DNA of 64,000 bases. It comes from Geosiphon pyriformis uo1 (taxonomy: Eukaryota; Fungi; Glomeromycota). The first letter of the stretch is position 1. Every line of letters starts with the position of its first letter. Under the pieces are notes generated by a model. The model was not told the DNA's origin. It did not search any database and worked only from the letters and a program-made list of their open reading frames with translations. Both the position numbers and the translations under genes were made by a program. This document shows, in pieces, positions 1 through 13,400 of the stretch. The stretch lies in contig JAAOMT010000085.1 of assembly GCA_016748015.1 (NCBI GenBank), forward strand, positions 104,967-168,966. The letters run 5' to 3'.

Positions 1-3000
1 TATCTTGATTAAAAAAGATACAATACATATGATCAGAGCTGATTAAGACAAAAAATTATAAAATACTAGGAATTTTCATAGAGCATTGCTCTATACTCTG
101 CTAATAAGAACAAATACTCATGATATTTGGGATTTTGTTGGTTTTATAGATGAGAAAACATGTGCAATTAATCATCATCCAAGTATATATGTTCAAGTTA
201 GATGTTTCATTGTTTGTTTTGACTTGGCTGAGACTTTGGATGCTGTTATGCAAACCACACCAGTAGTGAGGAATGCTTATCTTTGCTGGTTTTGTCTTGT
301 TTCTGCTGTGTGTGCCAAGTATAAGAAATCTGGTTATACATTTTTGGACTGTGTTTTTGGTAGAAAATTTTTTTTTGGTGGCTTGTCTTGCAAAGTTTTT
401 TCGGATGTTAATAAAAGCAGACTGGCTGCCATTTATGCCAAATATTCAGTTCTGGTAGCTCATCTTGTTTCTTTTGGTAGTACTTCTTGAACACAGATAG
501 CTGGTGGGTTATCTTTCCTATTTCTTCTTTTAAACAATGGTTCAGTCAATTTTGGTTCTTCTTCAAAGAAAAAACCTACTCCACTGGTGTTTGTAGAAAT
601 AAATGACAAGTTTGCTGCTCTTGAATACAGTCTCACCAACCTCATAGAGCAAGTTAATAAGCTGGCTAAAAATTTGGATGTATTCAGGCCAATGGTTTTC
701 CAGCTTAGCTCTAAATGTTAACTGTTGATGACCTCTTTATTATAGAATCAAGAAGTAGATATAGTAATAAGTAAGGATTCAAGTGTGGTCACTAGTGGTA
801 AAGCTATCATGAGAATAGTGAGTTTTGACTCATCAGTGGTCTTAAAACTGAAAGATACTTTGAACAATTTAATTAAAACAGTAATGGACTTTTTGGCTAA
901 AATAGAGAATGCTGATATGGATTCTGGCAATCATTTCTCTCAATGACTGCTCTTATTTGAAAAATAGCTATGTATAATATCAAAGGCATAAATAATGCTG
1001 CTAAACAAGCAGACATTATTCAATGGCACAAAGATATGAATAATTTGATTTCAATTTTTACAGAGACAAAGCTGAAAGGAAAGATTCATCTGTGGATTAC
1101 TAATAAGTATGATAGTGTTTGGGTTTTTACTTCTGGTTTGAATTCTGGTTACATGAACTCTGAGATCACAGTTGTCATAGAAGCATCTTTGGCTAGACAT
1201 GTGTGTAAAATTTCTGAAGTGCCTGGTTAGCTCCTTTTTGTCAGGTTACTTTTCAAAAATAAACTTTTTGTTTCAATTTTGGGGCTCTATGCTAGTGTTT
1301 TTTCTACAGTTCAGTTTGCTCAAGCTAGTAATATCAATTCTCTAATTGCAAAGACTGTAAATGAATTCTCTTTTGTTATTTTGGGTAGCAATTTTAATAA
1401 AGATAATTTCCACAGATGTGCTAATTTTAAGAAGTGCTTCAATTTAGGTTTGGTTAATTCCTTAGGTAGAAGCTCATTTGTAAAGATGCCAACATAAGCC
1501 AATTTTAGGAATGTTGCAAAAATAATTGACTATATATTCATTTCTTCTAACTTGATTAATACATTAGTGAATTATGACATATTTTCAATTAAAAAATATT
1601 TTGATACTAATTACCAAGCTGTCTTTATTTCTGTAAGGCTAAGTGGTTTGTTGGATATGTATTTGAATCTTTTATGTAAGCAGACAAATATGAATCATTA
1701 AAAGTTTGATGTTAAAAATATGAATGAGATGAAATAGAGTGAATTTAAAAATGCTATAGCAGCAAATATAGTAATGTTTTTTGACAACTTTACTACATCC
1801 AGGCAATTCTCTAATTTGGATGCAATATGAGAAGTTGTTTACAAGGTTGTTACTTTTTTGGCTAATGAGACATTCAAAAAAAGTGGTTTAAGAGTTTTAA
1901 TAATGTCTTTACCAAAAAAATTTCTAGGTTTTACAAGTTAGAAATTTTGGTGTCTAAATTGGTAAAGGCTTCTTGTTTGGTTTCTAGTAAGAAATTTACA
2001 TTGTTAATAAATACATGGAATGTGCTTAACACAGCTAGTGCATTGGCTGTGAATTCTTTTTTTCTGTCAAAATCTAGTTTTAACATTATTCAGTTGGTTT
2101 TGGTCAGAACAAGAAAGTTTTATTGTTTTTCCAAGTTGCTGAAATTCAGGCATGCTGAAAAATCTCACATCAAATTAGCTATCATTAAAAGAATAGAAAG
2201 TTTTGAATTAGACAGGAGTCATACTATTAGGAGTGTGTTGAAACATTCTTTTCACAAAGTGGTGCTGAATTATCTAATGGTGGAAAATGAATTGGTTTTG
2301 AAGCCCAAGTTGGTTAAATCTAAGATAAATGAAATCATAGAAAGTTGGACCAGGAAGCATGAAGTAATCTCTAATATTTCTGATGATTGGTTTTGTCAAT
2401 ATTAGCCTTAAAGTCGTGTTTTCAATGGTGCTTTTTTTGATGTGATATGTTTGATTGGTTTTAATGAAATTTTTGGTGTAATCTCAAGTCTGCCTAATGA
2501 AAAAGCAGCTGGTCCATCTGGCATCTTAAATAAATTGTGAAAACACTGTGACAATCAGGTTTTGGATATGTTTTTGGTGCTTTTGAATTTGTGCTTGGTT
2601 TGTAAATCAGTACTTGAATCTTGAAAAAGAGCTTGGGTTTTAATGATTTTCAAGCCATATAAGTAAAAAGGTGTTTTTATAAATACCTAGCTTATTGCTT
2701 TAATTAAAACAGCTTGCAAAATTCTTTCCAAAATTCTTTCAGACAGGATTTTTTCTGTTTGTTGTGTTTTTGGAGTTCTTTAGAGAAATAATTTTTCTGT
2801 TTTAAAAAATATGACAATACAGTCTTCCATTTTTGCCATTAGTTCTGTGGTTAAGGATGCCTTAGAGAAAAACCAGGAACTGTGGCTTGTTTTGCAAGAT
2901 ATACATAAGACTTATAACTCTGTTGGGTGAAAACATCTTAGGAAAAGTTTGGTTAAGATCAAAATGTGCAGCAGGTTCATTAAATCTTTTGGTAGCATTC

Positions 3001-5736
3001 ACAATAGTCATGTTAACAGAGTGATAACAAATTTTGGTTTGACTGATAAGTATTGAATTCATGATGGGTTGGATCAAGGAGAAGTTTTTTACCCCTTTTT
3101 TGGTACATATTCTATAATCTACTCTTATGTGAAGTCAAGAGACAGAAAAGCATGTGTGATTACAGATTGAACTCTTATTTTATTGCTAAAACTGGCCAGG
3201 TAGAATCTCAGACTGGGTTAACATTCTTTCTTACTGTTGATGCTTTTGTTAATAATATAATATGAGTTGGTAGTAGCCAAACTGTCACACAACACATCCT
3301 TAATGTTGCTAGTAAATTTTTTCAGTTCAATAACATTTCAATTAATAATGACAAGATTGTAGCCATTCTTATTAATTGCAAGATAGCAAACTCATCTTTG
3401 ACTATTGGCTTGCCTATTTCTATTACTAAAAAAAAGAAATCTTATTGCTATTTGGGCATTTTTTTATCTTTTAAGGGTTTATTAAAGCCCAGTTTAGCTA
3501 AAACTCATTTGAATGTCTGGTTTTTTACCAATTTAGTTTTAAGAAAGGCAATTTCCAATAAGCAGTTTGTATATTTGGTGTCTGCAGTTCTTTATTCTAT
3601 TGTTAGCTATAGAACTTAATTCAGTTACATTTCTATTGGCACGTGTAATAAATGAGACACTCTAATTTGCAAGGGTTTAAAGTCTAAATCTGGTTTGTTA
3701 CTCAATTTCTCCAATAATACTATGCATTACTCTTCTTTATATGGTCTCTAAATGTTTGAACAAATTCAGGCTGAAAGTAAATTGGCTGTTGTTGTTTCTT
3801 TTGTAAACTTTGTTGGGATTTTGGGTCAGCTGTTTTTTCACAGATTCTATAACCTGCAGATTCTTAGCTGGTGTTTGCTCTACTCTTTGCAGTTTCTAGT
3901 TTATATCAATGTCAATCCTTTGAATAATTTTTTGACAGGTGTGATCTGTATTTTTTCTGAATATAATATGTTCTTGGATGTTCCTATGGCTAATGCTTTT
4001 AAATTTCAAAGTAGAACTCCTATGTCTTTTGTTTTCAGTAATTCAAATTATTCTAAATATTTTTTTTCACTTTAATGCTATGAGGTTGCCTTTGTAGAAC
4101 AGCTTTACAACTATAAAGACAATGTTTTTGATTGGAAAATATTCAAGTAGTAGAAGTGATTAGATCCTTGTGGCCTAATTCTGGTTTGGTTTGAGCTCTC
4201 TGTTCATTTTCTTTGTGGTGTGAGTCTTTTTTCTGTCTCCTTTCCACCTTTGAACAGTGGCAGCTCTTTAAATATTCTTGAGTTTTATGAGTTTGAGATC
4301 ATTTGTGATGATTTTTTGGGTACTAAAGTGGATTAACTTTCAGTTTATATGAATAAATCTTTATGTGATTTGGGAACTTTGGACATAAAGACTGGTGCTG
4401 CAGCTTTTTTCAAAAACATGAATTTAAGTTTAGGTGTTAGAGTCTTGGGTTTGGTGTCTTTTACTATGGCAAAGTTGTAGGCCATTGTATTGGTTCTTGA
4501 ATGTATTACTTTATCTCATTTAGTCAACCTATATTCAAACAGTCAGACTGCTATGGATAGTTGCAAATCAGAATTAAGTTTGGCTTGTCCAGATTTCAGG
4601 AATTATTGTTGAATTAAACATCATCACATTGTGAATATTATCCAATGCAAAAATTTAAAGATTAATTGGCACAAGGTTAAGAGTCACTTGGGTGTTGCAG
4701 GTAATAAACATGTTGATATGCTTGCCAGGGCTGCCATTTTCTTTAGTTGGTGTCTTCTATATTTGGTCAGTGAGCATTATATTAGAATTGGTAGTAATAC
4801 TGTTTCTGGCAACTCTAGATATTTTATTCATGGGGTTTTTTGGTCAATTAATTGTGTGTGTTGGGAGATTAACTCTGGCTCTTGAATTGTGTTGGATAGT
4901 TTACATGCAGATATTAATTGGTTTAAGTCTTTTCTGGTTTGGCATCCTAACTTCTATATGGCTGCTGGTTTTACCAGCAAATGTTCAGCTAAATTCTACA
5001 CATATCTTATGAAAGCTCTATATCATTGGCTACCTATTGCTTTGCATAAGTGGCTGTACAACAAGTGTTATTCCAATGTTGTATGTTTGTTTTGTGGTAA
5101 AGTGAAGGTTTCAAACCATGTTTTTTCTTGTGCTTTTGATACTGCTGGTTATGTTTGGTTAGTGAATGCTTATGTGAATACTTGAAGAGCATTTTCTGGT
5201 CTTTTTTACTCTGCTTCTTGTGTTTCACAATTGTTATCTATCTGTGTTTCTGATGTTGTAATTAGTGTGGCTTTGTGTAAGGGCTTTGTTTTTAATAACT
5301 GGTATTGTGAGTCTGTTTCTATTTTCGAGGATCCCAAGATAGCAAGTCAAAATATTATTAATTTTGTGCACAAATTTTGTCTGGCTTTTCAGAATAAATT
5401 TTGGTTGATTTGTGCCAAATACAGAGCTTTCATGGAGAAGAATAAGCTAATCCTACATGATGGATCTATTTTTGTTTCAGTTTCTGGGTTTTTTTTTGTT
5501 GCTTTTGGCTAGCATAGTCAAATTATTAGGTATAGTTGAAATTATTGATGTTAGTTTCAGTTTTTATAAATCTTGTTTGTTTTTCTCAGGTATAGGTAAC
5601 ATGGTTTCTGTTCATATAGGTGGTTAGTATTGTTTTGTTTGACCTGAATGGCTGGTCATGTGTAGAAAATGCATAATTTACATTTAGTTTAGATCAATTA
5701 TATAATGTATTATATAAACATATAAAAAAAAAAAAA
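1..5736 (+). mobile_element. Non-LTR retrotransposon (LINE) copy 1, degenerate; 5' part lies outside the window
   Basis: ORF1 remnant 1-946 (LLYTLLIRTNTHDIWDFVG, decayed zinc knuckle). ORF2 remnant 943-5627 with APE endonuclease (FTETKL, LGSNFN), RT (LQDIHKTYNSV, HDGLDQGE, AFVNN from FVDD), RNase H (WHKVKSHLGVAGNKHVD) and C-terminal CLFCG..NHVFSC. Conserved 3' tail, poly(A) 5724-5736. Many stops. Confidence 0.93.
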
Positions 5737-5799
5737 CATTATAAAATCAAATAATTAAGATTAAACCAATTTTTTAATATCTTAATAATTTATTTTTTT

Positions 5800-8700
5800 A
5801 GAAAAAATAGAGTTTATATAATTAAAGCTAATTAAACAAACAATTATAAAATATTAAAATACATATTAAACTTTGTTATATATTTTTTTAATAAGCATTA
5901 ATATTTATAATCTGTGAAATTTTGTTGGTTTAATTAATAAAAAAACTTGTATTATTAATTATAATCTGATAATTTATTCTTATATTAAATGTGTAATTAT
6001 TTGGTTTAATAATAATAAAAATCTGGTTAAGACTTTAATTATTATTTTTATTATAAAAAATTTTTTTTATTGGTTTTATTTAATTTTAATAAATTATTTA
6101 ACTTATAGTAAATCTTAATTATATTTTTTTTTAGTATAATTTTTTTGCAAATAAACAAATTTGGTCTGAAAATTGTTGAAATTTCAGTTTTATGAATTTG
6201 TCAATATATTAAATTTTCATTAATTAAAATATTGAATTTTGTAAAATATTTTACATGTATTAAATAAGTTATAGAGTCTAAAAGCTGCTCTGAATTTATA
6301 GCAAGTATTTATTAGTCTGGCTATTGTCTTAAATTTGTTGTGTATTTGCTTTTGTATAGCTTTGAAGATAAGATTGGTTGTTTTTAGTTCTAGTTTCTGT
6401 TGGTACAGTGTTTTTTTAATTTCGAAATATCAATAATTAGAAGTATATTCACTGTTTTTATTAAGACATATTTGAAGTTTTTATTGTATTGTGACATTTG
6501 GAGAAATGTCAATAAGTGTAAACAATAAGTTTTTTTTTAAAGCTTGTTTCAAAAGTTTTGGTAATTGATTTTTAGAATAACTTCTTGTGTTTTTTTATAA
6601 AAATAATATTTTTGAAAATTATTTACTACTAAAACTGTAGTTTTTTTTTAAGTATAATTAATTTAACTTTTATTGATTGTAATAAATAAGTCAGAAAGTA
6701 TTTTTAAAGTTAATATTAATTTTTGGAATATTTGTTAAATATTTTGAAAAATAAATATTATAAAGTTAAATAGAATTTAAATAAATTTTTTGTAAAAATA
6801 AAAGAAAAAAAAATTATTTTTGGTATAAAAGTTTTATATATTTTTAGTTTGGATATTTTCTGGTAATTATTTTATTATTTTTGTTTAATGTTTCTGTATT
6901 ATTTTAAAAGAAATACTATTAAAAATTAAATTAAATATTCAAATTTGGTTGTTGTTTTATTATAACTATTGGTTCTAAATTTTAGAAAATATTTTCAGGA
7001 TTAATTAAAAAAAAATATGTATTAATTTGTAAAATTAATGATTTAAGATTGTTTCTAAAATAATAGTGCTTCAATTAATTTCTATGTACAACTTTGGTTA
7101 AAACTTTGTTATTAAGTCATAACTTGTATAATTCATTGCCTAAGATTTTATGAATATAAAATAGTTTGTCTTATTTATGTTTAAAATTTTCACTTTATTG
7201 TTTTTTAGTCTTAGTTCTGTATAAGAAAATTTTGTTTTTAACTTTAAATTTGTTGGTGACTAGTGACAATTTGTTGACATACTATTTTTTTTGTTAAGCT
7301 TAAAAGTATTTAATATAAGTGGCTGTAATTTGTTGTTTTCCTTTCAATGTACTAAAAAAAATGTAAGCTCTTTATTAAAATGTTTATTAGAAGTTTTTTT
7401 TGGTAATAGATTATACTAGATATGTTTCTACAGTAAATTTAATTGACAATATTGCTGTTTTTTTGTAAGTTAAATCAAATAATATGTGTTTTATTGTATC
7501 TTGTTTTAGTGTTTTATATACTAGTAACACTAATAGAATAAAAATATCTTATTTCTGCTCAAAATTGGTTAAGACTTTGGTTAGTAATTTACATAATGTC
7601 TAGTTAAAATGTTCCATTAATTCATTTGTTTATGAATGATATAGTAATAATAAAAGTCATTTGACTTTAAATTACTTACAAATTTTTTGTATTAAGTTGT
7701 TTACAAAGTGTGTTTCTTGATTAGATAAGAGTTCAATTAAATATCTATGTTTATAAATAATATTTTTGTAAATAAAATTTCTTATTAATTTTGTATCTGC
7801 TTTTTAGATGACTTTGGTTTCAGGTCATTTGGTAAGATAATTTATTGTGACTGCTATATAACAGTTTTTTTGAATAGTAATAAGTAGTAATCTGATTAAA
7901 TCAATTTCTATTTTGTTAAAAAGTTGTCCAACTTTAATTGGATTTAAAGATTCAATAAGACAAGTTTTTTCTCTTTTTTGATAACTATTACATGATTCTA
8001 TATATTGTTAAATGTTTTAATACATATATAGCCAAAAATAATGTTCAAGTATTTTTTAGATTATACTATTTTTTTTTAAGTATATTGATAAAAAATTTGT
8101 GTATATGTTGTATAAGATGGTTTTTTTCTTATTTTGTTGGACTAATCTGAATAAATTTGTTGGTTTTTTGTGGTTTTAGTAATAAATTTTGTTATGCAAA
8201 ATAAAATATTGCTTTGCTTGGTTTTGTAGTCAATGTTTTTCAATTAAAAATTAATTTTCTGGTATATTAAGAATGTCTAAATAGTTTTTGATGTTGTTGT
8301 AGTTTTCAAAATCCATTGTTTTGTTATTAATTTGTTGAATTGTTGAGTTGTTAGTATAAGTTCTAATTTTGTTTTATCTAGAAAAATTATTAATATTTAT
8401 ATATAATTTTCTTGATTTGTAGTATATAATATATTTGTAATTAGCTAGAAAATCAGTCTATCAAAATTGCTTTGTATTGAGTTCAGATCTTTTTTTATTG
8501 AGCTATTTAAGATTAATATTATTTATAATAATGTTGAATTGGTGTTTATTTCTGAAGTATTGCTAAAAGTATTTGAAAACCCAAATAATGGCTGCTGTTT
8601 CTAATTTAATTGAGCCATATTTAAGTTCTGTTGGTTTAAAAGTTCTGTTAGCATAGGCAATTACTTATTTATTGCAATTATTATTTAATTGTAATAGAAT

Positions 8701-9659
8701 AATACTAAAGATTATATGTAAAGTATCAGTAACTAACTAAAATCTTTTGTTGAAGTCAAAATAAGCAAAAAATAAAGCCATAATAAGTCTTTCTTTGAGA
8801 ATATTAAATGCTTGTTATTGGATTTGAGTTTATTAATATCTTTATTAATTAGGTAATTAAGTAAATTAATTAATTTTGTGCCAGTTATTTTGTATAGTTA
8901 CATTTTAATAAATGTCAACTTTTTTCTAAAAATTGCTTATTTAAAAGCTTATTAAATTGTTTAGTTATTTTATAGTAAAAGTTAATTCTTCTACAAAAAT
9001 TTTGTTTATAGACTATTCTAATAATTATAATAATAAAAAAAGAAAAAATATAAAAAATATAAAAAATATAAAATTTTGTTAAAAGAATTATTTTCTGATT
9101 CAAGTTTGGAGTTACTAACTGTTTATTAAAATTGGTAGTTAATTAATTTCAAAATATTAGTTAAATTTTATAGAATTTTAAATGTAATTATTTTAAGAAT
9201 TGGTTTTCAAAGTATATTTTTATTTTGAATTTGTGCTGTAGGATAATTCTAAAAAAGATAAGATATTTATAGTAAAATACATTTTCTTAAAAAAAAAGCT
9301 CTTCTTTTATATAACTTGTTGTAATACTAGTTTATAAACTTAAATTTTTTCTTTTGCTATAATTTTGGCAAACTAAAAATATATTTTGTTAAACTACAAG
9401 TTATTTTATTAAACTATTAACTATTTATTATTTTGACAAATTTTGGCAAATTCTTGAATATTATATAGTTTGGAGTATTGTATAATTTGATTATTTTAAT
9501 TTTTATTGTACAAATTAGATTATTAATTAAATAGTAATATTTGATAATTTAATTAAGTAATAAAATAATAATTGAAATAATATTAATATATACTAATTAA
9601 TAATAGAAACTATAAGAATAATTTTATGCTAATTAATAATTAAAATTTCTTTAATAATA
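5800..9659 (-). mobile_element. Degenerate Gypsy-related element with RNase H and integrase but no visible gag, protease or RT core
   Basis: Minus strand ~8820-8380 reads Q*QAFNILKERL..AYFDFNK..VTD..VIAYANRTFKPTELKY..ETAAIIW (Ty3/Gypsy RNase H). ~8315-7000 is integrase (NCYIAVTINYLTK*PETK). 8858-9659 is homologous to 29040-29903. Left boundary uncertain. Confidence 0.75.
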
Positions 9660-10221
9660 TTATTGACCTAATCATTAATCTGGTTATTAATTACTTTTAA
9701 TAACTATATAAGTGATGAGTTTCTTAACTATAGAAAAACATATAGTAATTGATCAAGAATAAATAAAATAACAACTATTATCTCAATTTTTCTCCTATTA
9801 GTTATTCTTTTTTCCTTATCTTCAAGTATCTAAACATCTTGAAATAAAAAATTACTTGTTGGCATTTATCTACCCTTTTTTTGAATTATATAATTGTAGT
9901 ATTTGAAGATTATTCAATAAAATATGACTAAAAAGCACATATAATATCTAATATTAAATTTTAAAAACACTAACATAAGACATAAAATTATATTAGTGTG
10001 TTATTATTTGTTGACAGTACAGATTATCCTTTTATCTTCAAATTTTTTGGTTATTCTTTAAAAAAAATAACAATTAAAATATTTTATAAAACTGATCTCA
10101 CATATTAAATTCATACTTATTTAATTTGTTTCTTAAAGTTGAATTTCTTTTGATTTATTCTATTATTATACAATCCTGTTTTCTCTTACTATCTATTAGC
10201 TTATTATTCCAACTTATAACA
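9660..10221 (+). repeat. 5'-truncated LTR of the same family as the Gypsy element at 35948-43385
   Basis: Colinear with ~36000-36565 and ~42820-43385 (e.g. aacatcttgaaataaaaattacttgttggcattt); ends ...ttataaca at 10221. Confidence 0.85.
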
Positions 10222-10429
10222 ATTTTATTAATTTATTTTAACTAAAATTTTATTATTAATATTTGAAAAAAATATGTACAAATTATGTAATCTAAAACAA
10301 ATACCAAATTTCTCTGTAATTTTAAGCAGTTTTATAATATTACTAGAAAATTAAGATAACAAGTTATAAATAATAGAAAACAAAAAGTTATTATAAGATA
10401 TTAAACTATATTTTACTGTAATATTTTTG

Positions 10430-13400
10430 TATTTTATTTTATTTTTTATTTTTTTTATTAATGTTTAACAAGTGAGGCCCAAAAGCCACCTAGTGCAATA
10501 CATTAAACTAAGCAATCTAAACTAAGTGCTAATCATGCACTTTCTACACGTGACCAACCACTTGGACCAATTAGAGCAACACTATAAATCTATCAGAACA
10601 GAAACCACACCATTTATACCAGAAAAAAAGCAGCTATGTTCATGAAAACCAAAACAGACACCAACCACCTCGGAAATCCCAAGCAACCTAATCATCCCAG
10701 CAGAAAACATGTATGACAAACCATGAATCACAAGATACACAGAACCATCAAGTAGAATTAAACTGCCTTTTTCCATCAAAGCCCTATATTTAGCTCTAAC
10801 CACTCAAATATCCAAGCAGTAAGCAGTACCCAATTCTCGAACAAAATCAACAATAAACTTGCCCACAACCTTGGTATTACCTAGAATAGATGAAGCTTCC
10901 TGAACCCAATCTCTGAACACAAAACCTTTGCCCACAGTAGTATACAACACATTATCAGATGTGCACAGAGAAAGCACCTGTGAAACACGAGACGAATGCA
11001 AGTCCAATCCAGAAACACTTTGTCACTTGACCAGATGAGACTTAAGAATACTCTTACAAGCATCAAAATTAAATGTGCAAATGAAGAAATGGTCGGAACT
11101 TTCCACCTCACCACAATGCAGACATGAGACACTTGGGTAAATCTTACTATACAGACATTTTCACACAGCAACTAGGAGATGGTAGTGAAGAGCCTTTAAA
11201 AAATAAGAGCACAAACCAGCCATAGATTTACTGGTAAAGCCAGCTGCCATATGGGAGTCAGGATGCCACACTAAAGCAGTATGAAACCAGTCCACATTAC
11301 CAAGCAAACTGTTATCAACAACGTTGAAACCAGAACCAAACTCCTAGTGAGCCTGATTAATAGACCTGAAAATCTCACAAGCAAAATAACGAACATTTCC
11401 AGACACTGTCTCCCCAGTAGCCATGATAAATCTCTCTCTAACCAAAACAGGAAGCACCAAAGAAGAGCTTGCAGCTAGACCAACCAACTTATTAGCATAC
11501 TCATTACCTACAACATCTGAATGTCCTTTTATCTTATGCCAAGAAACAATAAGCTGCTTATCTCTAATTAAATTGACAATGCCATGTCACTCCATCCAAC
11601 AGTGGTTGTGGAAATCCAGAGACACCAGAGCAGATTCAGCCACACATACATCCAATGCAGCCTAACTGTCTGAATAAACCACCACAGAACTGTCAAGAGA
11701 AACACACTTTAATGTCAAAGCAATCGCCAGCAGTTTTACCATAGTCAAAGACACCAATCCACCAATCTTAACACCAATATCCATGTCCAGATCTGAGAAA
11801 TAAGCAGCAGCACCACATTTCATTTCACATGAACCCAAATCTCTCAATGATCTATCAGTGTAGACATTGACTACCCTTATATTTGCTGAAGAGAGACAAT
11901 GGCTCAATCTGGAAACTACACCTGAACTGCAAACATTCATATCCCATGAATCTTTAATGCGCAAATCATCAGAAGTAGAAGATTGATTCAAAAAATTACA
12001 AATCAAAGTGAACCAATGAGGGGTGAGGCCCCTCGGATCAAGTCTCTTCCAATGACGAAAGCTTTTTCAATCAAAAATTAAACTTTTTTTGATATATAAC
12101 TGCTCAGCAAAGGGGACCCAAACTTTTTGAGAAATAAAGAGACATTATAAAACAAAAAAGCACTTAGGACTGCAGATATTGGTGTTCCACCAAAAAATCA
12201 GAATGCAGAAACAGAGAGATTGCCAAGAGACATGCCACAGTCCAAAAAATTCTAACAACTCCTGCCAAAAAATTATTGACCAGACTGACATGCAACCTAA
12301 TTGGACAACATAAAAGATAAATAGATGACTAACCCAAGACTTGAAGATCCAGAGATCTATGATTGAACAAATGACCAAGAATACCATCAGCGTTTGAGAA
12401 ACACAACACAGAAGCCACCTTGTATTCAGTTTGCAACTGCTCAAAAGATCTTAAACCATACAAAAAAGGATGATAAAGGGTCTCATTGGGAAAGTCTCTT
12501 GGAAGACCAGCTTTAAGCCTTAACCCCTTCTTGATCAATGTATCCCACTTCATACACACATTCCTGGAGACAAAGCTGAACTGAGTCCTATAACTGATAA
12601 TTGGTTGTAACACAGCTAATACTAAATAAAAAAACTGCTTGTCTGAAATAGCTTTCTTGAGAACCAAATTGACAAAAAACTTGACATCCATGTGTGCCTT
12701 AGCCAAGCTTGGTTTGGACAATCTCTCAGATGACAAATAAATGCCAAGATATCAATAAGACTTTTTTTTGCAAGCAATTGAAATTGGCAGATCACTAATT
12801 GACAATGAAGTATTACTAACTCTCTGATTAATAGAAATGGCTACAGTTTTTTCATTATTGATAAAAATGTTATTTATCTTAAAAAATTCACTTGCTGTGT
12901 CCAGGATATACTGAGTGGCAGCCTGACTGCTTCTCACCCAGATGGTATTATCCATGAATACACCAGCAGCCAGAAAAGAAGTCAAACTGCCTTGGTTTTC
13001 TATTCTGCTAGTCTTAGCTACAAATTTAGTATCAATTCAGTAACCACACAAACTTTTCTGTCTTTTGACCTCACACAAAAGGGGGTCATAAAAAATTCTC
13101 CACAGCAAAGGAAAGAAAACCTCACCCTGATCAAGACTATCATGCACCCAGTAGTCATCTGTTAGACCAAAATCAGTCATAATCTGGTTAACGCAGTTAT
13201 TGTGAATTAAACCAAAAAATATAATAAAATGCCTGCACATTTTGATCTGAACCAAACTATTATGCAAGTAATGCCAACCTACAAAGTTATAGGCTTTATG
13301 CATATCTTGTAACACAAGCCAAAGCTTACAATCCTTTTCCAAAGTGTCTTTAACAACTGAACCAATGGCAAAAATAGGAGACTAAGTGGTCGTTCTTTTA

